Of a DNA stretch of 64,000 nt, positions 37,001 to 49,402 are shown in pieces. Where the stretch lies: the NCBI GenBank assembly GCA_037447605.1, contig CM074811.1, positions 2,232,001 to 2,296,000 of the forward strand. The letters run 5' to 3'. Position 1 is the first letter of the stretch. Each line of letters begins with the position of its first letter. The notes beneath the pieces were generated by a model. It saw only the letters and a program-made list of their open reading frames with translations, was not told the DNA's origin and did not search any database. The stretch comes from Zygnema circumcarinatum SAG 698-1b (lineage: Eukaryota > Plantae > Zygnematophyceae). The translations under genes and the position numbers were made by a program.

Positions 37001-40000
37001 TCGGCAGAATCGACAGATTGTTGTTGTTGTTTACAACAGAGAAGGAAGGATTCCACAGAGCAAAAGCAACAGAAGTAAAGTTTTGCAGTTTGTCAAGAAA
37101 ACAAAAAGAATGAGGTGGACGATTTTGGAAGGGATGCTGAGCGGCAACCTTGCAAGTACTGATGAGCTCATCAAGGGTGAGGTTGATCAGAACAAGGGCT
37201 TCTTCGACTTTCTTTAGTCTTGGAAACAAGTCACGCAGAAGAGGAACGTTCCAATACGGAAATGGTGATGTACTTCTCACTTCAGCTTCACGGAGTACAA
37301 CATACACTGCCTGCAGGTAAAAAACAATGATTGTACCGTTCACCCTCTCTCCAGGCTCTTGTTGTGCTTGCCTTTTCGGGACTCCTCGTTTGATCCCTAA
37401 CATTTTGCAACGTGAAACTTGTTCTTCTCTGCTCTACAACAAGGTTGGCTTCACTGAACAGGCGTGACATAGTCACAATAGTCCTCTATGAAGGAAACTC
37501 AATGTCGAGTTCATCCGTCTCGTAATTTCAAAAACGCGATAGTTTTAACAACGCGATACTTCCAAGTATGCCTATCCTGACGGAATTTGGCTTTCTTAGA
37601 AGCCATGCCTCACTTGCACATTTACTTTAAAGTCTTCAAAAGTACTTTATGGGCAGCAAGTTAGAAAGCAGGACTGTCCCATAATGAGGATGTAAAATCT
37701 CACCTCGGTGATTCCCGTGTCCTTGGACAGCGAGTCAAAGTCATAGTTAAAGACTGCTTTTCCAATAACGTCCAAGGTGAGGCGAGAAAACAAAGATTCC
37801 ATCTCCGCGGGTTCGCCTTTAGTGGCATTCACAGTCAGCTTCTCACAAAGCCGTTCGGAGCATTCTCCAAACAAGCCTATCATGGCACCCACATACTGCC
37901 CAGCACACGAGTCCAACTTCAATCAAATCCCAACTGATCACAAGATGTCACAACCGAACAAAAAGGTGGACAAGAATACAAAAGAGTGGAGCATGGAATT
38001 GAGTTCAGGCTTTAGGTAGCAGTATTCACAGGAAATTTCTTACTCTTCTATGCAAAGCTGGAACGATAGCGCGTCTGCGAGTAGACCATATCTCTCCATC
38101 AGCAGGTATCAACCCGGTCCCCATTACAAACTCCAGAATTTCTGCTAAGATTCCCTGCATCAGTTCATCATTCATCGCGATTGCCATATAAGCTCTCGTC
38201 TCCAAAAGCTCTAGCATGTGAAGGAAGATGACAGAGAGACATAACAAGAAAGTAAGTTATGCATAAATAAGTTATCCAGCTACACCCTATGCTGTGCTGT
38301 TGCCATATCTCTATGAAGCTTTGCTGAGGACGTTGACCCTCTGACAAAACACTCGTCCATAGGATAGGCCCACCCCCGAAGGACCTGCATTGTGTATTGT
38401 GTACCTTTGAATAAGCTCGAGCATTGTCTTTGAGGATATGCTTCGCCACCACCGGGTCTGAAACGATTGCGAATTGCTGTCAAAGAAAAACAGCCGTTGA
38501 TAACGTTAATACATTACTCATACCTCACAAAAGTAACATCGGCATTTGCCATTGAGTCAAAAGCTCTGCACATGCTTTACTTTGAGTTTTTTGGGCTCAC
38601 AAGGACAATTCAGCCACTTCACTTCACTTGACTATATATTCAGTCCTTCAGAACTTGAATCGTTTGAAGAATGTTTGCTTCATTCATTCTGCCACTTGCG
38701 CCCTCTGCATGACAAGAAAACCACACAGACCAAAAATGTGGCAAGAACAGTACCTTTGGCCCAAACGAGAGCCGAAACACGCCACCGTAGACAAGGAAGA
38801 GATTGTACAAAGGGATAAAGACTGGCTGTCCAACAATGGCTCTCACATCTCCCCGGGCAGTCGGCATAGCCAGAGGGTTCGCAGCTCTCCAGCGCCGCTC
38901 AGCATGAGCCAGAAGCTTCGCAGCAGCGCGCCCAGGGGCCCCTGAACTGGCGAGTGCCTTTCGAAGTGGGGCTAAACGATCCACTCTGTTGCATATTTTG
39001 CAGCAACAAGCGGAGATCAGAGCCACACACACAAAGGGGAAAGGGCTATGTACTGCTGATCGTTTTAAAACGACGAAGGAGGAAGGAGAAAAGGGGGGCT
39101 GAATCGGCGTGTGCATGGCAGGCAAACTATAGACAGGCCGCAAAGCCGGACATACCAACTAATTGGTGAAAGGGACACAATTGCATGTACACAATAACCG
39201 GAACAGCAATGTACACTCTGAGCAATTTCACTTGTCACTGTAAGGCTGCCAGCTAAGCCAGACTGCCAGTACAACACACCTCTTTGAAGTTACGGTAAAT
39301 TCTCCTGATGAAATCCGGGCAGCGAGATCCGCTTGTTGTTTCTCTAATGCCGCCCGCTTCGAGTTCTCAGCGTCCTTCGCCTCTGTCGACTTTTCAACCT
39401 TTTCCATAATCGAGCATGTCTTCGCTCTTGTTCGCTTCCTATCTGAAAGCAAGCAGAGGAAAAACTTCATAATCACCATTACATCAAGACAAATTGAGCA
39501 AATTTTCATTCCAAAGGAATCCTGCTGCTTTAATGATCACAGGTAGGTTACACCATTACACCATAATGTGCAAAGAAGAGGCCTTTCCTTAAATGCGTTG
39601 AACCAGAGTGCCTCCAAACTCGATTCCTTCAAATGACATTCTGGCATTTCCCACCTTTGCTTCCTCTAAAAACAACTTCGTTTTCACTAGAACATTTATG
39701 AATCGGATACATTTCAACCTACACCATACAGGCAGCTCGTTAGTCGTAGCTTAAACAAAACAATAGCTGTCCCTCACCATCGTTTCTCAGATTCCCAGAA
39801 CTTTGAATGCAGGTACCATAGAATCCAGTCCCAAGCTTCGTTGAGGTCGTTCTGCATCCTCCACAACTCTGTCCTGTGCGACTTGTCCTCGTCAGAGTCT
39901 CAATTGTTGCAAAATGCCCAGCTTGCAATTCCTGGCATGCACCATTCCTACTTCTGCCCTTGTTTCTGCTGCTGCAGCTTCCCCCTCGAGCGTGCAGCGG

Positions 40001-40051
40001 CACCTGCACAGCCAAACTGCTGTGCAGGACCTTTCCACAAGTCAGCGACAT
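34023..40051 (-). CDS. CYP97A: Cytochrome P450 CYP97A, carotenoid beta-ring hydroxylase (LUT5-like)
   Basis: 16 in-frame exons: 40051-39778, 39442-39280, 38985-38754, 38476-38405, 38154-38044, 37895-37704, 37310-37149, 36991-36896, 36775-36674, 36211-36179, 35918-35838, 35635-35553, 35030-34899, 34699-34639, 34409-34344, 34133-34023. Motifs [12 protein letters not shown] (CYP97A-type), [27 protein letters not shown], heme loop [12 protein letters not shown]. Confidence 0.95.
35447..35510. other. Assembly gap (10 N at 35473-35482) within a (CCCCCT)n tract in a CYP97A intron
   Basis: N-run read directly; flanked on both sides by C-run repeats. Confidence 0.95.
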
Positions 40052-40745
40052 GCTGCCCCTCCAGCTGCCCAGCTCAACTGGAGGCCCCAAAAGTAACCCA
40101 GCCGCCTTTCCTTAACAATCCTTTCCTCGACCTCGCCAAGAGACTGTTCCCCTTCGTCCCTAACTCTCTATGAAGCGGAGAGGAGTGGAAGGGAGTGGCT
40201 CAGTGGAGCAGCATTAGCAGCTGAAGTGAGAGAGGGAGGGAGCCGTCCATGGCTGCCTGCACAATGCAAAGGGAGTGGCTACGTGTCGCAATTTCCAAAA
40301 AGGAAATGTCCATGTCAGCAAAAATGACCAATCAAAATGTCCGCATGTGGATAGGGCTGCTCCCATTGGCTGCTCGCTGGGAAGCGAACCACAAACTAGT
40401 TTTCGAAAATCTGGTTTGCTCCAAAAAACTTGCCCTCTTGCCAGACTTCCTCCTCTAGCGGCTGCAAGCTCTGCCGGTCTGCGCTGCGGCGCAATACAGA
40501 ACTCGAGTTCAAGGCCTGGCCTCATCTCATGTACGAAAATTCTGTATTATTTTGAAGATTGCCAGCGACAGAACTCAGAAGTTAGTGATAAACTGGACGT
40601 GTGGTTTGCCGTTTTGCAGGCGGCTACAGTCCTGAAGTTTCTGATTTCCCTGTTTCAGGCACAGACTTTGCCCTTGGGATTAACTTGAAACCCTAATTGT
40701 TAGGGGGAGCTTGCTGTTTGCTGAAGTGAGGGAAGCAGTCCTTTA

Positions 40746-41217
40746 ATGGCGCCGAAAGAGCGGAGCAAGACGCAGGCGAAGGGGCAGAGTGCTGCGGAGA
40801 GTGTTGATGGGAAGGCGGGGGCCAACTCTCGCGTAGAAAAGCAGCTGCAACTTCTTGCTGGTCTGTTTTTTCTGACCTCTCGTTTCTGCTCACGTCACAC
40901 ATCTCTTTTCATGTGCCTTTTGGTCTGAACATTGGGAAGAGAAACGCAGTTAAGTGCTGTCGCTGAAAAGCCCATCCTTGAACTTTTGCTTTTCAAAAAT
41001 AGATGCCAATTCCCTTTTTGACATTCGTACTCCGGAGAAAATGTCCGGAAGTGCTCGCACTGAATTGTTGAACTCTCCCATCTTCCGCAGACGTCTCCAA
41101 TGCCAGAAAGGACTTGTTGGAACAGATTCAAAAGGCAACGCCTATCACACCTCCTCCTCTTTGGCAAAATTTCTTGAGAACCAGAGGAGACTGCGATGTC
41201 GATCTGGAGGATCCTGA
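40746..41217 (+). CDS. Small orphan two-exon protein (109 aa), basic, divergent from CYP97A
   Basis: ATG 40746 with telo-box at 40688; exon 1 40746-40860 (phase-1 donor G|GTCTGT); pyrimidine-rich intron; acceptor TAG at 41002; exon 2 41003-41217 continues in frame to TGA (330 nt in total). No family recognised. Confidence 0.45.
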
Positions 41218-42369
41218 CCTATTGCGAGTGTTGAATCGTTCAACGACAAGCGAATGATTTGAGCCTTAAATGTGCAATTTTGTTCACCCCCTTTTTTTTT
41301 ATGTGAGTTCGGTTCAGAACGTCGTGGGACAGTTTGGGAAATCTATTGCGAGTACAATGTCCTCAGCGCTTAAGTCAATCAGAGTTCCAAAAGTTAGATT
41401 AGGAATCTGCCGCAGTTGATGCCAAGCATCAAAGGGTGCAGCTGCTCAGCATGGAAGAGGTTATCCGATGACTCGTTTTTTTTTTGAGAATTCCAGTTAC
41501 CTTGTTAACCTCGTTGAGGCTGACAAGGTGAAGGGCAAGTTGCTTTTGATTGCCGCCGCTCTTTGAGGATATCAAGCTTCAAAGCAGGTTTCATTATTGG
41601 CTTATTTGCATTGAAGTGTCGTTCAAAGGCTTTTAGTTTCCGTTGTCAAATGCTCTTAATGAAATAATGATCTGCAGCTTGACAGGCTGGCTCTTTAACC
41701 AAAACTATTTCCTCTTGTGCTATGAGGGTTCAGTGCAAACATTGCCACTGTAGAGCATGCACACATTCCAATACCTCGATTACAGGAAACTGGTTCACGC
41801 ATTAGGCAAGCTATTTAGAATCCATCACAGTCGAAAATTGATCTCCTCTTCCTCAAGATACACAAATATGCACTGACCAGACTTTCATCGCCAGAATGAA
41901 GAACACCACGTGGAAAGCGGCAATGCAACCTCCTCCGCTCTAGAGTGAAGACTGTATGAGCAGAGCCACTACGACTGCCTCCAACTCCTCACAGGGTCTC
42001 AACGTACAAACCACTCGACATCCCTTTCCCTGCTGAGAATTGCCGCTACTGACATTCCTCTAAAGGGACCCTGTCTTCTGTACACGCCTCCCAACAGAAT
42101 TTACCAATCCGCTAACATAAATGCATATCACTAGCACGCTGAGACAAGGTACGCATACCTAGAAAAACAATGCCTCCAGACTACCATCCCTCACATGCTG
42201 CTACACCATGACTCGCCAACATTCTGCTGCATCCTGTGAGGATCAACTGGCCCATTCAGCAGCAAGCTCGCTAGAAGACTTAGAAAGTCATCGCTGCAGG
42301 CGCTTCTCGTTCCACTCCCCCTCCAGCTGTCAGTGCAGAAGAAGAAGGATCGTGTTCTGCATGACCAGC

Positions 42370-45300
42370 TTACCCAGCCTGGCCGGATGACGTTGAAGAT
42401 GTTTCAAGGGACCTGTGGTATGACAGGGATCGAGTCAGCCCACGTCCCCATGCTGAAGGGATAGCTTTCGCTCCTGCTGACCAGCTCATATTTCTGGCCA
42501 AAGGACTGGTAGTTGATGCCATCATAGCCGGGACACGTGAACCGGCCACTGTGGGAAATTCTGTCGTAGTGACTTCGGCAGCAGCAGCTATTCCTGCATC
42601 TGCTGAAGGGTCGCTTCTCCTCCACTGCAATCTGCCAACAGGACTTCCCTTCACCGTAGTGGCAGCTGAAGGGAAGGAATTGATGCCACCTCGAAGGAAG
42701 GAATTCCTGCCAGCGCGAGGAGGAGCAGTCGGTCGTCGGATAGGGCCCCTCCATGGAGCGGCTCCAAGTAGCTCTGCAGGAGTTGTAGGTTTGCGGACGA
42801 CCTGCACGGACGCAACAGGGGAGGCACATTTTCACTAACCTGAAAATGATAAAGTGAACTGCCCAAATGCACGTTTTGAAAACAGACATTCTGACAACAA
42901 GCAGAACGGAGATATTACAGACATCGAAAGACTGCAAAGGACCAAGGGTAACCCTACTTCAACAAAGGTTACCTGTGACTTTCTGCATCCAGAACCATAT
43001 ACGAATGCTATATACAGGTGTATATGTACACGTATGTATATAAGTCGACTAGAAGCTCAATCATACACAACTGGAATCTGGAGGGTTCAAATGCAGTGGG
43101 TGCTACAACAGAATTAGCCATGCACCCTCGTGGAGAATTCCATGAAAGCATGACAAACACTAAACTCTTCATAAAGACTGGCACCAATTCCAACCCCCCT
43201 GAACTGAGCACTCAGTAGTCTATGAAGGGAAGGAGTACCTTCAATAAGCGAGAAAGAAATGATGACTCATTCAGCTCCAATGCCTTTGTGACGGCAGCTT
43301 CTGAAGCGAATTCAATGTAGGCACAGCTGCAAGCGGAGGCGAAAATGTCAGTCAGAAGGTACACATGTAATTTCTCCTTCAACAAATCTCCTACAGTAGT
43401 CCATAGGCATCCGCATCAAGTCCAAAGCCCGCTCTGCTTTTTAAACCCAAAACAAATCGTTGCTCTTGATTTCAACTTCGTATATATTACGAACAATGTT
43501 TGGTGAATTAATTTTAGGAGGTTACCAAATTAAGAAATCTCTGCGACGGTACAGCAAGGGAGATGAGACTGGAAGTGAGAGTACTTGCACACGAGGTCTC
43601 TTGTACTAAGTGCAGAAAACTCACCCTCTTGGAAGACCGGAAGTGGGGTCTGTCAAAATGGTCACTCGAACCACTTCCCCACATGCACCAAAATGAGCAG
43701 TGAGTCCGGCCACAGTAGCAGCAAAGTGTACCTGCATCAACGTGGCGATTGACTGTGAGAAAATTTACTAGTGATAAGAGAAGGAGCTACGCATACTACC
43801 TCAAGAAAAGGATCTCGCTAATATGTCAGCCAAAAATGGAGATGACATAGGGCTTGGCACTTTACCAGCATCCCGCTGTGCTACTCTCTATCCTCAACAT
43901 GTATTTACAGCAAAACAAAGGAGCCGTATAGTCATGAAGTCACCTCTAGTGGACAAGTACGCTGCTAACAACATTAAAATACTCATTGATGTATTTTCTC
44001 AGTTTTAGATCAGTATCAAGTCCGAGAACTTAAGTGTTAGTGAGAACTATTCGAAATGAGATGCTGCAAAATGCCTTGATTGGAGATGTCCCTCATTCCT
44101 TTTAGACACTTACATTGCTTACAAAAATGGACCGGGCGTTGATGTCCTCTTCAGAAGGAGGAAAATCAAATACCTTCAAACCTGCGGCAGGGGAGGTCAG
44201 AAAGCAGATCAAGTCAGAGATTTCAACCAACTCCAAAAGCCATCAATCTTACCTGCTATTAGGAGGAGATTAGACATCCACGCTTATCAAATAGTCAGTC
44301 CCTCTGATACGACAAGATGATGATCCCAGCGAACAAAACAAAGGCTGACTCCCTGCCCAGATTCACAATTTCAGATTCCTTTTGTCTCTTGGACAACAAT
44401 TACAATAGCTTATTTTGGGCTTGAAGTCCAACCTGGCAGAGGTGCGGTCCGGTTAAGATTGACGACTTCTGCTTGGCGAGCTCTCAACTTTGTCATCTCC
44501 AACTGCACTTGCCTCATGCGTCGCTTCATCTGATCCACATCCTCCAAAGCCTGAAACACCAAAAGGCCCCAAATACATTTGAGCACAGTTCTAATATATG
44601 TGAGCAGATTTCACCCCTTCAATATCAGTATAGTGAAGACATCTGCATCAAGTGGAGCTCGCCAGTTATGTGCGACCACAGTTCCATATCAGCAGGCTGT
44701 ATACGTCCCCATATGGTAGAGCGGATACCTTTCAATATGTCACTTTTAAGTAACTCAGTGTGCAGGAGGCATCAGTGAAGGACTCACATGAATATGACGA
44801 AAATATGCTCATAGTTATGGCATGCGTGATTGATGCATGACAGCAGCACACTAAAACCTATTAACCATTCTCGCTGACATTGTTTTGTAAGCAAATAATC
44901 TGGCATTTTTTGTTGAATCACCAGTCAAACTCTTTGCAAACTGGAGCAGAGAGTTTGGCCCTTATCCAGCTTGCGGACTCACCAAGCCACCTTCAGCAGC
45001 CACCTCCTGTGAGGTATTTTCCTCCATCGCTTCGTCATCTTCAGTTTCTCCTTCCTCCATCACGACACGAAGAGAAGCGTCTGCTGGCCCAAACTGGTCT
45101 GTCAAAGTAGCCTGTCCTGATGTTACCCTATGCCAAGACGACGAGCCTCTATTATCCCCTTGTGCAGCTCCAAAACCGGTGGCTATACCTAATCTCGATG
45201 CTTGATCTTCTACATCTACAGGCCCCACTCCATATGCCCCCTGTGAGTCAAATTCATGAACCCGAGGCCCCAATCTACTTCTTAAATTTCGTGGCGGAGG

Positions 45301-48300
45301 AGGAACTTCTACTCTGAAACTCTCTTCTCCTTCCCAAGTCAGCCCAGCTTGAGTTTCTTCTGCTTGTGCATCCTGGGCTTGTCCAATATGCTCATCTTCA
45401 TGCATACGGCCATTTCCATTCCACTCTTCGGGATCGCTAACATGACCCCTGAATAGAAAGCCCTGTTGGGGTTCTGACCCCCTTGTATAATCTCCTCTAC
45501 CCCTGGATTTCTCAGAAAGTTGTACAGAGCTATCAATTTGAGGCAACACCATCGATGATGTCCTTCCCGGGCCATGATCGACATAACCATTTGTTCTTCC
45601 TAACCTTCCCATTAACCTTGAACGCCTTTTACTACCATTCACTTCACCACTAGAAACGTTCCCTGTTGCCAGTACACTCTGATCATCTGCACCAATCCTG
45701 CCAGCTACATCAGGGCCTGACCCATGCTGATCTTCCCCTCTCGTCTCCAAGGGCTCTTTCACACTTTTTTTTCCATTTTCTCTGGTGGTTATAGATGTTG
45801 AGCCAAGCCGACCCCACACACTGCTAGGTTGCCCATCGTCTGCTCCCTCTTCGTGCAGAGGAACTTCAGAAGTCGTACCTTCCACTTCCATACCACTAGA
45901 ATCTGCCAAAAAGAAGTGCACGTGTACACTTTGTATTCTTAATACAAAACACAATAGAGTCTCGCAAAGGTGAGACAAGCTATGCTTGAACGATAAGAAC
46001 GATAAGAATCGCTAGCTAAATGAATTGCTTACACCTATGTTCGCTGCGAATGCTGCCAAGCAATGATACCAAAGAGTTGCCCTTTGCCCATTGAAGAAAA
46101 CAGCTCAAAATTTCTACTGATTGAACAAGCTAGCCAATCACATCAGAGACTCCTAGGTTACTCGTCACTACTAAATGAAGCCACAGATTAAACGAGGGCA
46201 TGCAACTCACCCTGCATGAAGGACATAAGACATTGACAGCCAACCGCATTGGATATCCAGGCCACTGGCAATGAGGTCTCGACAACACATCAGAAAACAA
46301 TCAATCATACAAGTTCCTTATGTTGCCCGGACAAAGGTCACTACCGAATAGTGAAAGGCAAACCTCTGACAAGACATTTACCTGCATTAGGTGCGACTAT
46401 TGAACGTAAGCGTTTGGCCGACGGAAGACCTGAAGCTGGTCCAACAGCATCTCTGACAGCGAACTGGAGAAGCCGAGCAGATGGATTCATCCGCACAACA
46501 GGAGGACCAGTGACCTGTCCCTCACAAAAAGTTCAAATGTGATCCTCAATTGTCTGCTAAACAGCTCAGTGGACATGTTACATGAAAACAAACAACTAAT
46601 CAAGCAAACCTGCAAATGCAGTAGTCCCTTGAGTACATTCGCCACGATCAATAAACAACATGACTCTCCCAAGATCATAATTTTAACTACCGACTATCAA
46701 CTGGCTGACAGGCTCATTATGCTATTTACGTACAAGTAGAATCACAACCAACGAACTATCTAATTACTATGAACCCAAACCAGAGTTTTAGCCAGTTTAA
46801 AGTGAACTGCAGTCATGTGCATACCCTGGATGGTACAGAGTCCCCGTAACGAAGATCATGTTCTGTCTTGGAATGGGTCGAGTCACTCTGCCGCCCACGC
46901 TTCAGCTTGGAGTGTCTGTCCCGCCCAAGAGACTCAAGCCCCTCTCGCATGCCACCTTCAATATGGTCCTCAGAACCATGATGTGACGTGATCCGCTCTC
47001 GATGCCGCTGCTCTTCATCAATAACTGACCTGGGAATTGGAGCCTGCTCTTCCGCATTCATTTTCTCATCCTCGTCTACTCTTACATCACCTACTCGAGA
47101 CCCTATTGAGTCCCTTCCACCAGGTGCCAACTTCTCCCCTTGCAACGTCCTAGAATGAGTTCCTGTTTCATTTTTCACTCCTATCCTCTTCCATGCGCCC
47201 TTTCCATTTCTGCGCTCCATCGATTGACCTTCAGGCGCTTCTCGACGGTCTGTATCTCTCGAAGCGGGAGGACGATAGAAGCGATCAACCCACTGATACT
47301 GATTCCTCCCACTTCTATCGTCCCCTTCATCCAGTCTTCGAGCATCTGCTGTTGGAGGAGAACGTTCAGCAAGCTTCCTAGTTTCTAAGTTACGATTATG
47401 ATGACGCCCATCTTGGACATGATCATGCTCGCTTCGCATGGGCATTTCAGATTCTCTAGCTCTTGATGTGTCAGGCTCATGCCTGCTCCGCCAGTGTCGC
47501 TCTCCCTTCTGGACACTTTCCGCTTCAACCCTCTCAGACCCTCGCCTCTCACTTGGTGAATCATATCGACCCCCGGCTTTGGACAAAAATCGGCCAAAAC
47601 CATCTTCCTCTCTAAGCCTGCGACCTTTGTTTCCTTCCGGTGTATGGTTCCTTCCATCATCTTTGTAGGCTAGGTCTGGTCTACTTCTAGTACCAGCAAT
47701 ATCCTCGTCAAAGTTCCCTCTGTTTAGTTCTTCCTTATGTTGTCTGAGATTCCAGTCTCTTTCAACCTCTGCAGACGTGTTCTTTAAAGGAGATGCGGAT
47801 GTTTGAAGGTGGCCATCCACCTGCAATTAATTGAAGAAAATAACCGTGTACTAAGATCCTCATGAAAGCCAACCATGTAAACACCCATGAAACCCTCATG
47901 CAACATACAAAAAAGGGTAATTGCAAATGAAACCTCACCTCCAGTGATTCGCCCTTGACATGTGCTCCAGGTTGGCTCCCCTCTTCATTCTCGGCTTCGG
48001 CAAACGGAAATGCCACATTAGAATCATTTTCTTGAGGCTCCTCAACAGCAGGCTTGGATACGTATAGGTGCTTATTTGCAGTCAAATGGTCCCAAAGCCT
48101 GCGAAGAATACATAGCGTCGGTATTGGCCAGTTCATGCATATGGACACAAACTGCAGAGCACAAGCCGACGCACTAGCAACTAACTGCAAAGAGACTCAT
48201 GCTCTATAATAGCAAGAGAGACTGCAGCGAGCCTGCCTGGTTGGGTTCCTTGTCAGAGTAATAGCACAGACTCCTGCAACAGTTAGACCACAAGCACAAT

Positions 48301-48858
48301 TGATCCTTGAAAGGAGACTCACCATTCCACAAATGGTTCCGTGTTACTACCGAGAAAAGCTTCCAAATCTTCAATTGTTTGAGAATATTGCTTTCCATGA
48401 CCCACAAGTACAACCACGTACTCCTGCAAACACCATTGTTGAATACCAATTATTTTACTTAAAAGAGCAAGTTGAAGGCTTGACAATACTTAAGCACCAA
48501 AATTGACTATTCAAGACTCAATTTTAGCCACGTGAATAAAAAGCAAGGATAGTATCTACTAAAAGGGCATGGAGAGTAACAACTCTTTTCTCTCGAGGCT
48601 TCGCATGCTGGAAAGTGATTTTTTTTCTTTCCATATATCTCAAGCATGAAAGCATCTTGAAGCAGGAGACACTCGTTAGACACGGTGATCAACACACACC
48701 GCGAGCACATCGTCGGTGTAACTCCCCATGAATTCAGCCAGCTTTGCTTGTACTGTTTTCCGCAAACGCTCAGCTCCCGGGCTGTGGATGGTTATAGAGA
48801 AGGTCTTTCTTCGGACATCCATCCTCTTCAGCCCGTCCGCCTCCTCCTTGCTCCCCAT
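42370..48858 (-). CDS. Nuclear RNA-binding protein with N-terminal PWI-like domain, long disordered linker and C-terminal PABPN-type RRM
   Basis: Exons include 48858-48700, 48423-48323, 48098-47939 and 47820-46825, further exons down to about 44430, four RRM exons 44180-43240, and a last exon ending at 42370. PWI motifs KLAEFMGSYTDDVLAEYVVVLV, DLEAFLG, WLWDHL; RLLQFAVRDAV; RRM RSIFVSNVHFAAT...GCAYIEF. Confidence 0.85.
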
Positions 48859-49402
48859 CGATTCGCTATCAACAGAGAAGCGAGCACCAGCTCGAGTCAA
48901 TGGCAGGCATCATGCCCATGGGCCGAGCTGCAGGGCACCGACACTGCCACAAACAAAGAGGCAGAGCCTGCTCCTCCCTCCATCCATGGCTGCGGTATTT
49001 TTTCCCTCCTGCAAGCCTTCCCTTCCAAGAAGAAGCCCTCGGCCTGTCCTAAAGCGGGAGGGAGGGAGGGAGGGCCAGCTTTGGCCTGCAACAGATTCCT
49101 TCTGTTAGGAACTACAGGTGGTCGAGCATCTCCAATGGCGAGGCGCCACGTGTACAATTTTGTACACATGGCAGCTCGCTATTGGATGATGCTCGATGAT
49201 GCTCGATGATGGTTCGCTTCGGGGAAAGGGAACAGCCGTTAGGGCTGAACCCGCGCAACCCTAAAAGTTGGGCGTGCAAGAGCGAAGGGAGGGGGAAAGT
49301 GAGTGAGAGAGAGGGAGAGGGAGAGAACGAAAGCGAAGGCGATTGTTCTCTTGTTAGCTTACTTTTCGAATATTTCAGAGTTGGTTCTCGGAAAGGGCAG
49401 CC
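48859..49402. promoter_or_regulatory. Short bidirectional promoter shared by the PWI-RRM gene and PBA1
   Basis: 544 bp between head-to-head start codons; G-box GCCACGTG near 49145 and telo-like AACCCTAA at 49257. Confidence 0.55.

Noticed and set aside
30400-40051. Adjacent plastid genes ABCI10 and CYP97A as a possible functional cluster
   Set aside because: Two-gene adjacency with no shared pathway; not enough to call a cluster.
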